Source: Octopus vulgaris (lineage: Eukaryota). Taken from it: DNA of 64,000 nucleotides. Shown piece after piece: positions 27,701 through 40,771 of this stretch. The DNA lies in NCBI GenBank assembly GCA_951406725.2, contig OX597832.1, forward strand, positions 69,006,001-69,070,000. Reading direction: 5' to 3'. A program made the position numbers and the translations under genes. Within the stretch, counting starts at the first letter, position 1, and the number at the start of each line of letters is the position of its first letter. The notes beneath the pieces were generated by a model. The model did no database searches. It saw nothing but the letters and a program-made list of their open reading frames with translations, and was not told the origin of the DNA.

Positions 27701-30243
27701 GAGATGATAATATTCATCATCATTATCACCATCATCATCATCACCACCATCATTATAATCATCACCATCATCATCATAAGCATCACCATCATCATCACCA
27801 ATGATGATAATGGTAAGGGAAAATGAAAAGCAGTACTCTTATTTATTTTTAAATTTATATTTTTTGAGTAGTTATTAGCATTAGTTTTTTACTTAGATTT
27901 TTTTTTTCATTTGTGTCATTTTTATTAGAAAAATAAATTAATTAATTAATAAAACGAATGAAGAAAAGGGTGATAGAATGGATTTCAAGGATCATATTTA
28001 TAATTTGTAAGTCTTGGGAAATGGAAATATTAGCAGCTGATGCCATCCGAAAAATGCTGCCTTAAGCTCAAATCTAATCTTCAATAAGAAGATAAGATGA
28101 CTCAATCACTGAAACTAATCCTCACCTTCTAATTAGTTTTTCTCAAAAATTCTTTATTTATTTTTAATATTATTATCATTATTATTATAACTGAACTCAT
28201 TATAAAAGAAATAAGCAAATTACCACTACTACTACTACTACTATTGCTGCAACCACCACCCCTGCCAATACTGCTAGTTTGGTAGCAATAGGTTTAAGTA
28301 GAGAAATGCGATTATAATAAACTAGACGTTTATCCTAAGAATTAAATAAATTAATTTTCTCGTTAATGATCAGAAATAATCCCTTACAGTATCTTAAGAC
28401 ACACTGACTCATTATTGCTGTTCATCTCCAGCTCAATCTTGATCAAATAGATTCCTGATCAATGATGATCAATGATGATCCATTGATCCAGTCATCAACA
28501 ATTGGCCTTTGTTTCTTGCTTCTTTTTTTTTTCTTTTTTTTTTTCCAGGAACAGTGTTTATATCTTTATATCATCCAATAAGTCCTTTCTTTTCCAGATG
28601 TTGCAATGTAATCCATGGGTGATTTAGTTGCTATTTCTAGTAAGTCAAGCTAAACTGTACAATTCTAGTCTAAATTTTCAGTTTTAGTCTTAGGGTGGTA
28701 TTGGATACCGACGTTACCAGGTTCATATCCTCTACATGCATTCCATGAAAACAAAAGCCAAGATTGTATCCCTGTATCAAATGTAAAGGGGTCTCACTTG
28801 TTGTATCAATACAAAGTATCCATCGGTCAAGTTTGTCCAGCCTCTAACCATGTGTTTGTTTGAGGAAGGCTAACTGTTACCCAAGCATTTAAGTTAACCC
28901 TTAACATACAATCAATGCTTGTCTCAGGGAAAGATCACTGACATAGTCCAATAAAGTGTAACCCCTATCTTATCGCAGGTATTGCTACCAAATGCAAAAA
29001 TTTGGAAAAGATACCACAAGGTATGATTTCTGACCTTCTGACAACTCCACCCATCCAGCACCTTAGTTGTTTTGTTATTGACCCTAGAAGGTTAAAAGGC
29101 AAAATTGCCATGAAAGGGATTTGAACTCACAGTGCAGAGAGCTAGATCAAATAACATGAGGAATCCTACTAAAGTCTCTGCCAACTCACCATTTATTATA
29201 TATTGTTAAGGAAAAAATACAAAAGGGACACTCGAATCTGAAATTCCCCTGGACCCTGCTAATGCCATGGACTTGACTTTGACCCTAGTTTCCTATCACA
29301 CTACAGTCCCTGCTGCTCAACATTGGACTTTGAGCACTGAACACTACCAATGAACTGGGCTCAGTATCTAAGGAAAGTTAGATAAACCATTGTCGTTTTC
29401 ATCATCATCATCATTGGCGATGTCATCGTTGCAGGTTTAACATCTCCTTATCTATGCTTGCATTGGCTCAGTTGAGAGTATGTTGGTGAAGAGTTCTTTT
29501 ATATCATTTACTTTTTAAACACAAATGGGAAATAGCAGCCATACCGTCCTCAAATCACATCCTACTATTTTAGTAAGTAAAAAACATTTTGTATATTATG
29601 TCACTTGAGGCAATCCTCTTTGGACCCTCACCTCTTGATTGAATCATATGTTGTGTCTTCAGTATTTTAAACTTAGATTGGTCCCCACCTCCCTTCTCTT
29701 CTGATGTTTGGTCGCAGCAGATCCCTGCTGGAGTGATGCTTTCTTTACTGGTCCCATGAAGATGTTGACCGAAGCACGTTTTGAACTCAGTGTACAGATA
29801 ACCGGAATGAATCTTGCAAAGCATTGTATCTGCAATGTTAACAACTCTGCCAGCTTGCTGCCTAATCTGGAGGACTGTGGCTTGGGAAAAAATAATGAGA
29901 TGGGACAGTCATGGCTGGAGTTCCTTTGAATATAGGTCTTCTCAAACAAGACTAAACAATTTCAATGGCAGCCAATGTATGTCATAATAGTCTTAAACTA
30001 GGTAAATGTGTTTCATGTGAGAACTGTGTTGGGTTGGTTCCCATCTGACTGTCTGTGTGTCATAGCTCTGTCAGGGCTAAATTAGAGCAAAATGATGATG
30101 ATGATAATGATGATGATGAAGACAGAAGTGACTGTGGTGGCAGAGATTATGACAGTTATGACAAGGAGAACAATGTCAGAGATGGTAACAGTGATGACAA
30201 TGTTGATGATGACAGCAACAGTCAGTATTATCTTACAAAAAAA

Positions 30244-30965
30244 CCCCACCACCTCCAACATCACCACCTCCAACATCACCACCTCCAGCACCACCACTTC
30301 CAACATCACCACCTCCACAACATCACCACCTCCAGCATCACCACCTCCAGCACTACCACCTCCGACATCACCACCTCCACAACATCACCACCTCCAACAC
30401 CACCACCTCCACAACATCACCACCTCCACCTCCAACACTACCACTTCTAACACCACCATCTCTAACACCACCACCTCCAACACCACCACCTCTAACACCA
30501 CCACCTTCAAATCACCACCTCCAACACCACCACCTCCAACACCACCACCTCCAACACCCCCACCTCCACACACCCCCTCCAACACCACCACCTCCAACAC
30601 CACCCCCTCCAACACCACCACCTCCAACATTACCAACTCCAACATCACCACCTCTAACACCACCACCTCCAAATCACCACCTCCAACACCACCACTTCCA
30701 ACATTACCACCTCCAACATCACCACCTCTAACACCACCACCTCCAACATCACCACCTCCAAGACTACCACCTCCAACATCACCACCTCCAACATCACCAC
30801 CTCCAACATCACCACCTCCAACACCACCACCTCCAACATCACCACCTCCAACACCAACACCTCCAACACCACCACCTCTAACACCACCACCTCTAACACC
30901 ACCACCTCCAACACCACCACCTCCAACACCACCACCTCCAACATTACCAACTCCAACATCACCTC
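30244..30965. repeat. 15 bp minisatellite, unit CCACCACCTCCAACA / TCACCACCTCCAACA
   Basis: About 720 bp of tandem units with point variants and few indels. Confidence 0.95.
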
Positions 30966-33939
30966 ATTCCACTTCACCGTTTCTTCATAGTGAACTAGAA
31001 AGAATGCTGTTAGAGGAAATTGGTTTAGCTTCTTAAAGTACACAATTACAATTGCTAAAACTACTCAAGATATATTAACGAGTTTAGAAATTACATTTTG
31101 CCAAGATTCCTTCTTATTTATGCTTCATCCAGACACCAAAAGACAAAGGCAACCTGTCAGTGTGTAGTTAGCAAAATATATTGTCTTCGTTTCTTTATTT
31201 CTTTTTCTTTAACAGAAAACAATTTATATTGAAATTCAATTTCTCATCTTTTTTTCTTTTATTTTGTTTTTGTTCTTTACTATTAAAAACTTAATAATTA
31301 CATCATTTTCTTCCTTTGATGTGGCTTGAAAATCAGTCATTGTTGTGAAAGTCCAACACAGCAAGAAAGAAAACAGTTAATCAGCTAATATGTGTATAAT
31401 ATCAAATGTCCAAGAATTAATTTTTATTAAATGTTCTGGTAATCATAAATCAATCTTTTATTTCTTTAAATAATTCAGGTCTTGCCATATCAAACTGAAC
31501 CAAACATTCAGAAATGCTATGATTACATTCCTAACGCATCAAATGTTTTAAAGTTTAACTATTATCACATCATCTTGACTGAGAACATGTCTGGTTTTTA
31601 TGGAACGAAACATTTTTAAAATATCATAATTTTTTGGAAAATCTTATACCGTGATTTCGAGGAACCTTTATTTACTTGTATTCTAAACAGTAATTTAATG
31701 AAAGAATTATTTTCTTGAATCCCCTAAAAATACTTGATTACTTCAAAAACTAATTAAGACTCATTAGTAGTGTATTTCATTTGAAATGTTTGACAAAAGG
31801 AATTAAGATTTTACTTTCACATAACTTTTATAAGACAACTGCTTTTATGAACTTCAAGGAAAGAAGGATTCTCTTCTTTTAAGGATGTCATTAAGACATT
31901 TCTATATGTAATGTTTAAAAATGCTATTTTCTAAAACAGGGAAAAAATGTACTTCAAATTTTAAAAACTGGTTTCTTCTATAAATTTACATCTGTATAGT
32001 GATCGCTTGCACAGACATCGCTATGGTGGTCTTGAAAATCATTCAAATCTCATTTTGACTTAGGGAATCAGAATCTATTTAAAGTTTAAGATGTCTAATT
32101 GCCAGTGGAAAACAATTTGTTTCTTATCAAAACTTTGCATTCTATTTCTTTTGAGAATATTTAATGCTCCTGAGATATAGCTTATGCAGCTGGAAAGAAG
32201 CAAAAGGTATAGACTTGCTATTAAGCACACTACAACCGTTATGAGATCTACAAGCTTGTGGTGCCAATATAAGCCCTAAGGCTATTCTTTGAAGATACAT
32301 GGTTTCATCTATCAATTTGTGTTAGATGCACTGAATTTTCATGTTGCCACAATAAATCAAACAATCACAACACTCTTTCTTCTAAGACTATGCTTGCTGT
32401 CATTTGTATAATGTAACAGCCAAAACAACATTCCAGGTTGTCTCCAGGAAATTAAGTTAATGCTTTCCAAACTGTAATTATCCGCTTCATTCTTCATAGC
32501 ATTAATAATATGAGAGATAAATCTTGCAATGTATTTAAGGCTGGTATATAATAATTAAATTATTTTTACTTTCCACCAAGAATTGAACTTAACACTGTGA
32601 GCTAACACATCTCTAACCCTTAAATGAATACTTCTCAGGGATGCAAGACATTCTTCATTGTGACATCTATTTGCAGTTATGTGGAGTGCCATCTCATGCA
32701 AAAGATAAATGTTTTTGCCACAGACATGTCTTGACTGAGACAGGAGACACATGATGCAAACAACTATCTTCTAGGGTGGCTGCTTATTACCCAATCCACT
32801 ACTACTTCTGTGAACTCTGCAATCAGTTAAAATGGTGAAACAATCACAGCTGAAAATGTATTAATGCTGGAGAAAAACAAACAAAATTCACACATTTCTG
32901 ATTTAAAAAGGAAGTTGAGAAAGACACAAAGAGAATTTGTTACACTTCAATATAATGTCGATGGATAAATCGAGGCACTTCCTGACAGAACGTTAGATAT
33001 TTAGATAGAAAGATGAATTGGTGGAGAGATGGATGGGTAGATATCTGGTTTGATAAATGGATTTGTGGATGGATAGATCGATCGATAGATAGATTGATTG
33101 ATGGATGGCAGTATTGGTGGAAACTTTGATGGTTGGATGGATGGATAGAAAGATATTTGTGTGTGTATATTTATACATATATAGCTATATCTGTATGTAA
33201 ATATAACTGTATGGAACTATATGCATTTATGAAAGTTGATATAAAGTTATTCTATATTTATCAAAGCTTCAGAATCTAGCTAGACTCTCATACACAAGAG
33301 CTATTCTTGCACTCTATATAATAATTTATATATTGAGTGTGTGGGTGTGCATATGCCTCTTTTGTGAGAGTACATGTGTGTGTGAGTTGTTGTTGTTGTC
33401 ATTATTATTGGCTTGTGTAAGGTGGTGAGCTGGCAGAATCATAACCATGCTGGGGAAAATACTCAGCGGCATATTTTCCAATTTTGCATTTCGAGTTCAA
33501 ATGATGCAAGGGTCAACTTTGCCTTTCATCCTTTTGGGGGTCGATAAAATAAGTACCAGCTGAATACTGAGGTCAATTTAATTGGCTTAGTGCCCTACCC
33601 CAAAATTGCAGGCCTTGTACTAAAATTTGAAACCATTATTATTGGGTATTGTTCTGTAATTTCTAGTCAAACATCATTTACTGAAGAACCATATAATCAA
33701 AAACCATTCCTGTTTCCAGGACAGCATTATTGAATGTGCTGTTATCTTATATAGTGATAGAGCAGGATTTGATTTACCTGCTATTTCTAGCATGTCAACC
33801 GACCACATAAAGATATATTTCACTGGTTTCAAACAAGTCTTCCTGGAAGTCACAGTAGGAATGGTTGTACAGACCACTTTGTTGTCACTGGAGGAGAAAT
33901 CTTGTATTTTTAAGAGACAACAACGAGGGAACATACATT

Positions 33940-34150
33940 ATTTACATTTGATGGATATTTGTCCTCATCTTGTTTGTCGTTAACACAACCTTCCAGCCTT
34001 CATCAGGTGTCTTGGGGAAATTTTGAACCTGGGTTCTCATTTCTAAGGTATATTTTTCGATATTATTATTATTCAGGTCACGGCCTGGAATTGAACTCAG
34101 AATCTTGGGGTTAGTAGCCTACGCTCTTAACCACTACACCATATGCCCAT
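33940..34150 (-). mobile_element. tRNA-headed element followed by a deleted hammerhead-like motif
   Basis: Minus strand: A-box TGGTGTAGTGG (34141-34131), B-box GAGTTCAATTCC (34098-34087), (AAT)n, then gacac-CTGATGA-a-GGCTG..GTT-gtgtt (34011-33982). Confidence 0.6.
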
Positions 34151-34243
34151 GGACAATTATGGAGTCAATTTTTGGTGATTTATAAACCCTAAAAGTTCAC
34201 TCTATAATTGCCCAAGATTCCGAGTTTAATTCCAAGCAGTGAA

Positions 34244-34287
<44 letters not shown>

Positions 34288-34290
<3 letters not shown>

Positions 34291-36420
34291 TATTGCAAAG
34301 GTTGAACAAGCACCTGGACGAAAACAACCTGTTTTCAGAAGAGCAGAAAGGATGCCACAAAGGCTCATATGGCTGTAAAGATCAACTAATGATTAATAAA
34401 GCCATAACTGAAGACAGCCACAGAAAGAAGAAAGGCCTCAGTATGGCCTGGATCGACTACAAAAAGGCGTTTGATAGCATCCCCCACATATGGATCCTCG
34501 AAACACTAGCCATTAACAAAGTAGCACCAACAATTATAAAATTCATAGGGCACTCTATGAATAAATGGCAAACAGTGCTACAGCTCCAAACAAAAGAGGG
34601 ACTCATGAAAACCAAAGCCATCCCCATTAGAAGAGGAATATTCCAGGGAGACACGCTCTCTCCACTCCTTTTCTGCTTGGTGTCACCTCTATCTGATATG
34701 CTAAATAGAACTGGATGCGGATATAAATGTTACGGCAAAACGATCAGCCACCTTTTATATATGGATGACCTAAAACTATACGCTGCAAATGACAAACAGC
34801 TGGAAACACTATTAAAGACAGTTCATGGATTTACCAAAGAAATAGATATGAAATTTGGATTAGAAAAATGCGCCTAAGTAACCATGAAAAGAGGAAAACT
34901 AGTTAAGAGTAGCAACATCACACTAGATAAAACCAATGAAATAAAAGAACTAGACCAAAGCCAAACTTACAAATACTTAGGAATCCATGAACTAAATAAG
35001 ACACAACACACACAAATGAAAGAGAAAATAAAAAAAGAATATTATAGACGAGTTAGATCAATATTGAAAACAGAGCTCAATGCTAAAAACAAGATAATAG
35101 GTATTAACACTTTAGCTGTCCCAGTTATAAGTTACAGCTACAATATCCTTAACTGGACACTAAATGAACTGACCAAAATAAATAGGAAAACAAGAAAAAT
35201 AATGACAGGATCTAGGATGCATCACCCAAAATCTGACATAAAAAGACTATATATACAACGTATAGAAGGTGGCAGAGGCCTTATACAGCTGGAAAACTAC
35301 TATAAAATAACCACCATAGGACTGCAAAAATATCTACTTCAGAAGGAAGGAAAACTGATACAAATAGCGGCAAAACACGAGCAAAACAAAAAACTGTTAT
35401 CAGTATTTAAGGAAGCCGACAAATACAAACAAGAAATCATACCACCTAATAAATATGAAGAAGAAGAAGAAGAAGATGAAGAAACAACAAAAGCTATAAA
35501 ACAAATGAAATCCAAACTAAAAATAGAACAGCAACGAACCATGATAAAACGATGGCAAGAAAAGCCCCTTCATGGTAAATACGGGACTAAACTAAACGCA
35601 AAAGAAATAGACAAAGAAAAGTCCCAGCAATGGTTGAGAAGCTCAGGACTCAAAACAGAGACAGAGGGATTTTGAATTGCAGCACAAGACCAAAGCCTCC
35701 CCACCAGAAATTACCAAAAACATGTAGTGAAAAGAAATATAACAAGTAACTGCAGAATATGTGGAGATGGACAAGAAACAATAAATCATATTATCTCTGG
35801 CTGCCCAGTCCTGGCTAAGAAGGAATATATTCACAGACATGACAGAGTTGGAACCTACATACACTGGAAGCTATGCCAACATTATGGAATAACAACAGAA
35901 ACAAGATGGTATAGGCACACACCAGAAAAGGTCACAGAAAACGAGAAAGCAACCATACTCTGGGATATGCTGATACACACAGATAGAGAAATTAAGGCTA
36001 ACAGACCAGATATAGTTGTCAGAGATCATGAAGGAAAAAAATGCTTTCCAATCGATGTATCAATACCGCCAGATGACAACGTGCCTCTAAAAGAAATGGA
36101 GAAACTTTCAAAATACAAAGACCTGGAAATAGAGGTAACCAGAATGTGGAATCTAAAAACAGAAACAATTCCTATCATAGTAGGTGCATTAGGCATGATA
36201 AAAAGATATTCAGACAAATACGTAACAACAACACCAGGACTTACAAACACATATAACATACAGAAAATTGCACTACTAGGCACTGCACACATCCTACGCA
36301 GAACACTTTTCATACAATAACCATCAGAGCATCGCAACAAATCACAGCCCATACCTAAGGCACACAGAACTGCGCTTGGTAGTGAAGTGAAAGCACGCTA
36401 TAAAAATAAAACTACTAAAT
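34288..36420 (+). mobile_element. 5'-truncated R4/Dong-like LINE (RT, CCHC knuckle, restriction-like endonuclease) in (TAA)n
   Basis: Three same-frame ORFs separated only by TAA at 34875 and TGA at 35673. Motifs WIDYKKAFDSIPH, GIFQGDTLSPLLF, YMDD, CRICGDGQETINHIISGC, RHD and NRPDIVVRD..IDVSIP. (AAT)n on both flanks. Confidence 0.95.
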
Positions 36421-37059
36421 AATAATAATAATAATAATAACAACAACAATAATAATAATAATAACAACAATAATAATAACAACAATAATAATAATAATGT
36501 AGTGAGCTGACAGAAAAATGAACATATTGGACAAAATGCTTAGTGACATTTCTTCTGACTCTTAACACCCTAGGTTCAATTCTTACCATGGTCAATCTTG
36601 TCTTTCATCTTTTGAGAGTTGATAAAATATCATACCAGTTAAACCCTAGGTCAGTGTGTGATCCCTCAAAAACTGCTAGAAATCTGAAGCAATATTTTAA
36701 GGCTGCAAACTGGAAGAATTTTTTGCTGGCCAGAAAAAGGCTTGGCAGCATTTCCCCTGTCTTTTACATTCTGAGTTCAAATTCCACTGAAGTTTACTTT
36801 CCTTCTCATTCTTTCTAGGTTGATGAAATAAGTACCGGTCAAGCACTGATGATGATGTAATTGACTATTCCCCTGCCACCACCACCACAAAATCTCAGTC
36901 CTTGTGCCTATAGGTCCTTATTGTCACCACCACCACCACCATTTTGATTGGGTTGATTAGAAAAATCTAGTGGGTTTACTCAAAAATCTGAGAGTAGATT
37001 GGAGAAATACCTGCCTGATCACTGCTCTGTACAAGAGCCTGGCAGCAACTACAAGGACA

Positions 37060-37600
37060 GCTCATGAAATGGCTGGATCCTGCATCATCAGTGAAGGACT
37101 TAGACAAGGATACTTACTCTCCTCCTTGCTTTTCAATATTTATACAGAGGCAATGATGAGAGAAGCAATAGAGGAGGTGGCAGAAGATGTGAAGGTTGTT
37201 GGACATCTGATACAAGCTGTGAGATTTGCAGACAGCAAGTACAGCTGAGAGCATGCAGACCATCAACAAGGCTGATGCTAGGAGATTGGAGAGTTGAGAA
37301 ATGTGGTTCTGGAAGCGAATGAAGAAGATCTGCTGGATGGATCAAGTGAACAATGAAGAGGTGCTTTGGTGAGAAACAGCATTTGGTGGATACAATCTGG
37401 AGAAGGAAAGCAAGATTGATATGACATATTATGGGGTCAGAGGTGCTTCTGTACACAGTGATTGAAGGAAGAAGGCTGAGAGGGAGAACGATGATGATAG
37501 ATGATATTAGGCAGAGAAAGTTATACCACTCAAAAAAGAGGACAAGACGGATTAGAGAGTGGCGGAGAAGGTTGGCATACACAAGATCCACCCCAGGGAA
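37060..37600 (+). mobile_element. Decayed RTE-clade LINE fragment with internal deletion
   Basis: GLRQGYLLSSLLFNIYTEAMMREA..IQAVRFAD, followed by broken C-terminal-like sequence. Confidence 0.7.
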
Positions 37601-39097
37601 GACCACTTGAAAGAGAGAACATGGTTAATGAACATTATTATTATAATTGGTTTTTTTTAAAAAAACAAAATTATCGATTTTTCTACTAAAGTGCCCCAGC
37701 TCTGGCACTGATTATTTGGCAAGGTCATTTGTTTAAAGTAAACATCCACATAGCTTCCAGTCTATATTTTAAAGAATTATTTTAGAATGTCTTCCAAAAT
37801 CAATAAACTGAGAAGAAACAAAATGTAAAAAAATAAGCAAAATAACAAACAAAATTGTTTTAAATCAGATATTTAATTCTTGTTTTGTTCCAATTAAAAA
37901 AAAAACACCTCTTCATTAGCAAAAGTTATTAAAATAAAATGAAATTGCCTTAATTTTTCTTATTTGCTTTCTATAACATTATCCGCAACATTTTCTAGCC
38001 AACAAGGCAGCTTCTATGTAGTTGCTTACTTGCTAGAAATAGCAGCCAAATTCTTTATAAGCAAACCACTGCTGTCTTTAAACATATATTATTTTAGAAC
38101 TGCATTGGATAATATAGTATTAAATACATGATAACTGTTGGTCATAGCTAAGGTACATTTGACTATAGATCTGTGACTGACCAGAGATGACAGGGAACTA
38201 ACCATAAACCAATTGCAATATTTTACAGATTCCACTGAGGTCGACTTTGCCTTTCATCCTTTCAGGGTCGATAAATTAAGTACCAGTTGTGTACTGGGGT
38301 CGATCTAATCAACTGGCCCCCTCCCCCAAAATATCAGGCCCTGGGCCTAGAGTAAAAAAAGAATATTTAACAGATTTCTCATTTATTCTTGTTATTATTG
38401 TTTAGGTCCAGGTCAATCATATTTTGTCTTAAGCCTGTAAAAAGACATCATTCACTCTATGACTCTCATAATCTTTGGTTATCATTATTTCTGTCATAGT
38501 CCATCAAGGATAACAACGTTCTTTGATACACTAACATCCATTTTCTTTTAAAATGGCTTAGAGTGGGGCAAATTCCCCTGTTGTTTTCAGCAGGTCAAGA
38601 AATCATGCAGCCTTCTTTGGCATTTTAGATAGGACAAGAAAGATTTTAACTAAAGGTTCTGTTTTCTTTTTCAGACAGAAGTTTCAAAAATAAATGAATT
38701 TAGAAATAAATAAAATCCTTTTTCAACTTTATATTTTTGTACTTTTGCTCTTTTTATTCCATTTATCAGAGTTTCTTTTAAGTTTTCTTTTCAATTCATT
38801 TCCAAATTCAGTTCCAGTTTTATCAAATTCCTGTAGGAATGGCTGTTTGGTTTGGAACCTTGCTTCTCAGCAATGTGATTTCAGTTTCAATACCAGCATA
38901 TGGACTTCATACAAATTACTTTTACAATTGCTTGGGGTTTAAAGAAAACTGAGATCAAATTCTGCCAAGGTTCACTTTGTTTTTCATTCTTTCTGGATTA
39001 AAGAAATATGTACCAGACAATTACTGAGGTCAATGTAATCAGATAGACCCCTCTCCACAAAATTTTAGGCCTTGTACCTCTTGTAAAGAGGAGGCAT

Positions 39098-39640
39098 TAT
39101 CATCATCGTCGTTTAACGTCGTCTTTTTATGCTAGGATGGGTTGGACGGCTTGACTGATGACTGACAAAGCCAGAAGGCTGCATCAGGCTCCAATCTGAT
39201 CTGGCAATGTTTCTACAGCTGGATGTTCTTCCTAATGCCAACCACTCTGAGAGTGTAGTGGGTGATTTTTACATGCAACCGGTACGAGGGCTAATCAGAT
39301 GGCACAGGCAACGACCATGCTTGAATGGTGCTTTCTTATATGCTACCAGCATGAGTCCAGCCAGGCAGCACTGGCATCAACCACACTTGAATGGTGCTTT
39401 TTACATGCCACTGGCACAAGTGCCAGTCAGGCGGCACTTGCATCAGCCATGACAATGACTTCACTTGACTCAACAGGTCTTCACAAGCACAGTTTATTGC
39501 CCAGTTATTGAAGGGTATTCTTAAATGGGCTGGTTATGCTGCACTGGCATAGGCCATGGTTATGGTCTCACTTGGCTTTTCAGGTCTTCTCTCAAGCACA
39601 GCATATCTCCTAAGATCTTGGTCACTTGGCATTGCCTCCT
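39098..39640 (-). mobile_element. SINE family D with (GAT)n tail and internal tandem subrepeats
   Basis: catcatcgtcgtttaacgtc..ggttggacg..ctacagctggatg..cctaatgccaaccactc is the reverse complement of 62430-62609. Other copies near 26080, 26740, 43640 and 56800. Confidence 0.75.
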
Positions 39641-39893
39641 ATTATTATTATTATTATTATTATCAAAGGCACCAACCTGGCACAACCATTAGCCAGACAA
39701 AATGCTTAGCTGCATTTCTTCTAGCTTTACATTCTGAGTTCAAATGCCACCAATTTGATGACTTTACTTTTCTTCTTTTTGGGATCAATAAAATAAGTAC
39801 CAGTTCAACACTGGGGGCGGAGGGCGCGATGTAATCAACTCATCCCCTCCCTTAAAATTGCTGCCCTTGTGGCAAAATTTGAAACCATTATCA

Positions 39894-39924
<31 letters not shown>

Positions 39925-39949
39925 TATTATTATTATTATTATTATTTTC

Positions 39950-40177
39950 CTTTAATCACAGGTTTTGTAGGAGCTCCCGGAGTCTTGCATGTGTAGCAGG
40001 CTTACTACCTGCAGCCTTCGGTACTATGCTATTTGCTCTTTTCAGCTATTTAATACTTTCCTGATTATTCTGGCCGTGCCAACGGAGCAAACCTTTACTA
40101 ACAGCTCTACTGAGTACTCTATCACAATTTCCTTTATATTCCTCTTCGTGCCTTCTGATACTGTTCCCAAGGACCCA
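39950..40177 (-). mobile_element. Short 3' end of an R4/Dong-like LINE
   Basis: GSLGTVSEGTKRNIKEI..KVCSVGTARIIRKVL-stop resembles the GALG..LLGTAHILRR end of 34288-36420. Flanked by (TTA)n. Confidence 0.7.
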
Positions 40178-40193
40178 TTATTATTATTATTAT

Positions 40194-40746
40194 TGAGTGA
40201 GAGAGCAGTGCATGCCATCAAAGTGATCCTGGGGTAAAATATATGAAGCCCAGTATACACATCATGATTACACATCTGATAGGGGTACACCAGGCATATA
40301 TATCCATGTGTTTGTGACATGGTAGTCTCATATCAAGATAAACAGTGCATGACCTCTCAGGTGGGGCTCCATTAGAATTTTCTTCAGGTTGAATAGCACA
40401 TCCTACTGAAAAGGTCCCTGAATAAGGGTTGTTTAGGGATGTTGAATGAAACACACATGTTACCAGAGGTGAATTTTTCAAATGCCAAAGAATTCCTCTC
40501 AACACATGGCTGTGATGCTTCCCTACTACTTCTGCTCATGATAAGAAATGCATATATCATCAACTGCTAAGGGACATGCTCAACTGGTTACGGTCAAGCA
40601 ACTGACAAAAAAATCCATGGCATTGAGCAGAATTTTGCTGAAGACCATCTTTTATACCAAGACAAAACAGTGTACATGATAACACTTCCAATCAGTTAAA
40701 ACCAGAAGCCATGACAGCCCCTGCCTGGTGCTGCATCAGGGCATTT
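40194..40746. mobile_element. Family C repeat, apparently full length, (TTA)n on both sides
   Basis: Longest collinear copy in the window. Confidence 0.85.
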
Positions 40747-40771
40747 ACTATTATTATTATTATTATTATTC

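Noticed and set aside
27242-27810. His/Asp-rich or hydrophobic overlapping ORFs
   Set aside because: Degenerate (CAT)n/(GAT)n low-complexity DNA, as also at 25565-25831 and 30055.
30092-31036. 314 aa Pro/Thr-rich ORF resembling an extensin or mucin
   Set aside because: It arises from a 15 bp minisatellite that is open on both strands, changes register midway, and starts in a (GAT)n tract.
34070-34150. tRNA gene
   Set aside because: A and B boxes are present but no clean acceptor stem or T-run terminator is visible, so it was treated as a SINE-like head. The heads at 44477, 50372 and 51071 were treated likewise.
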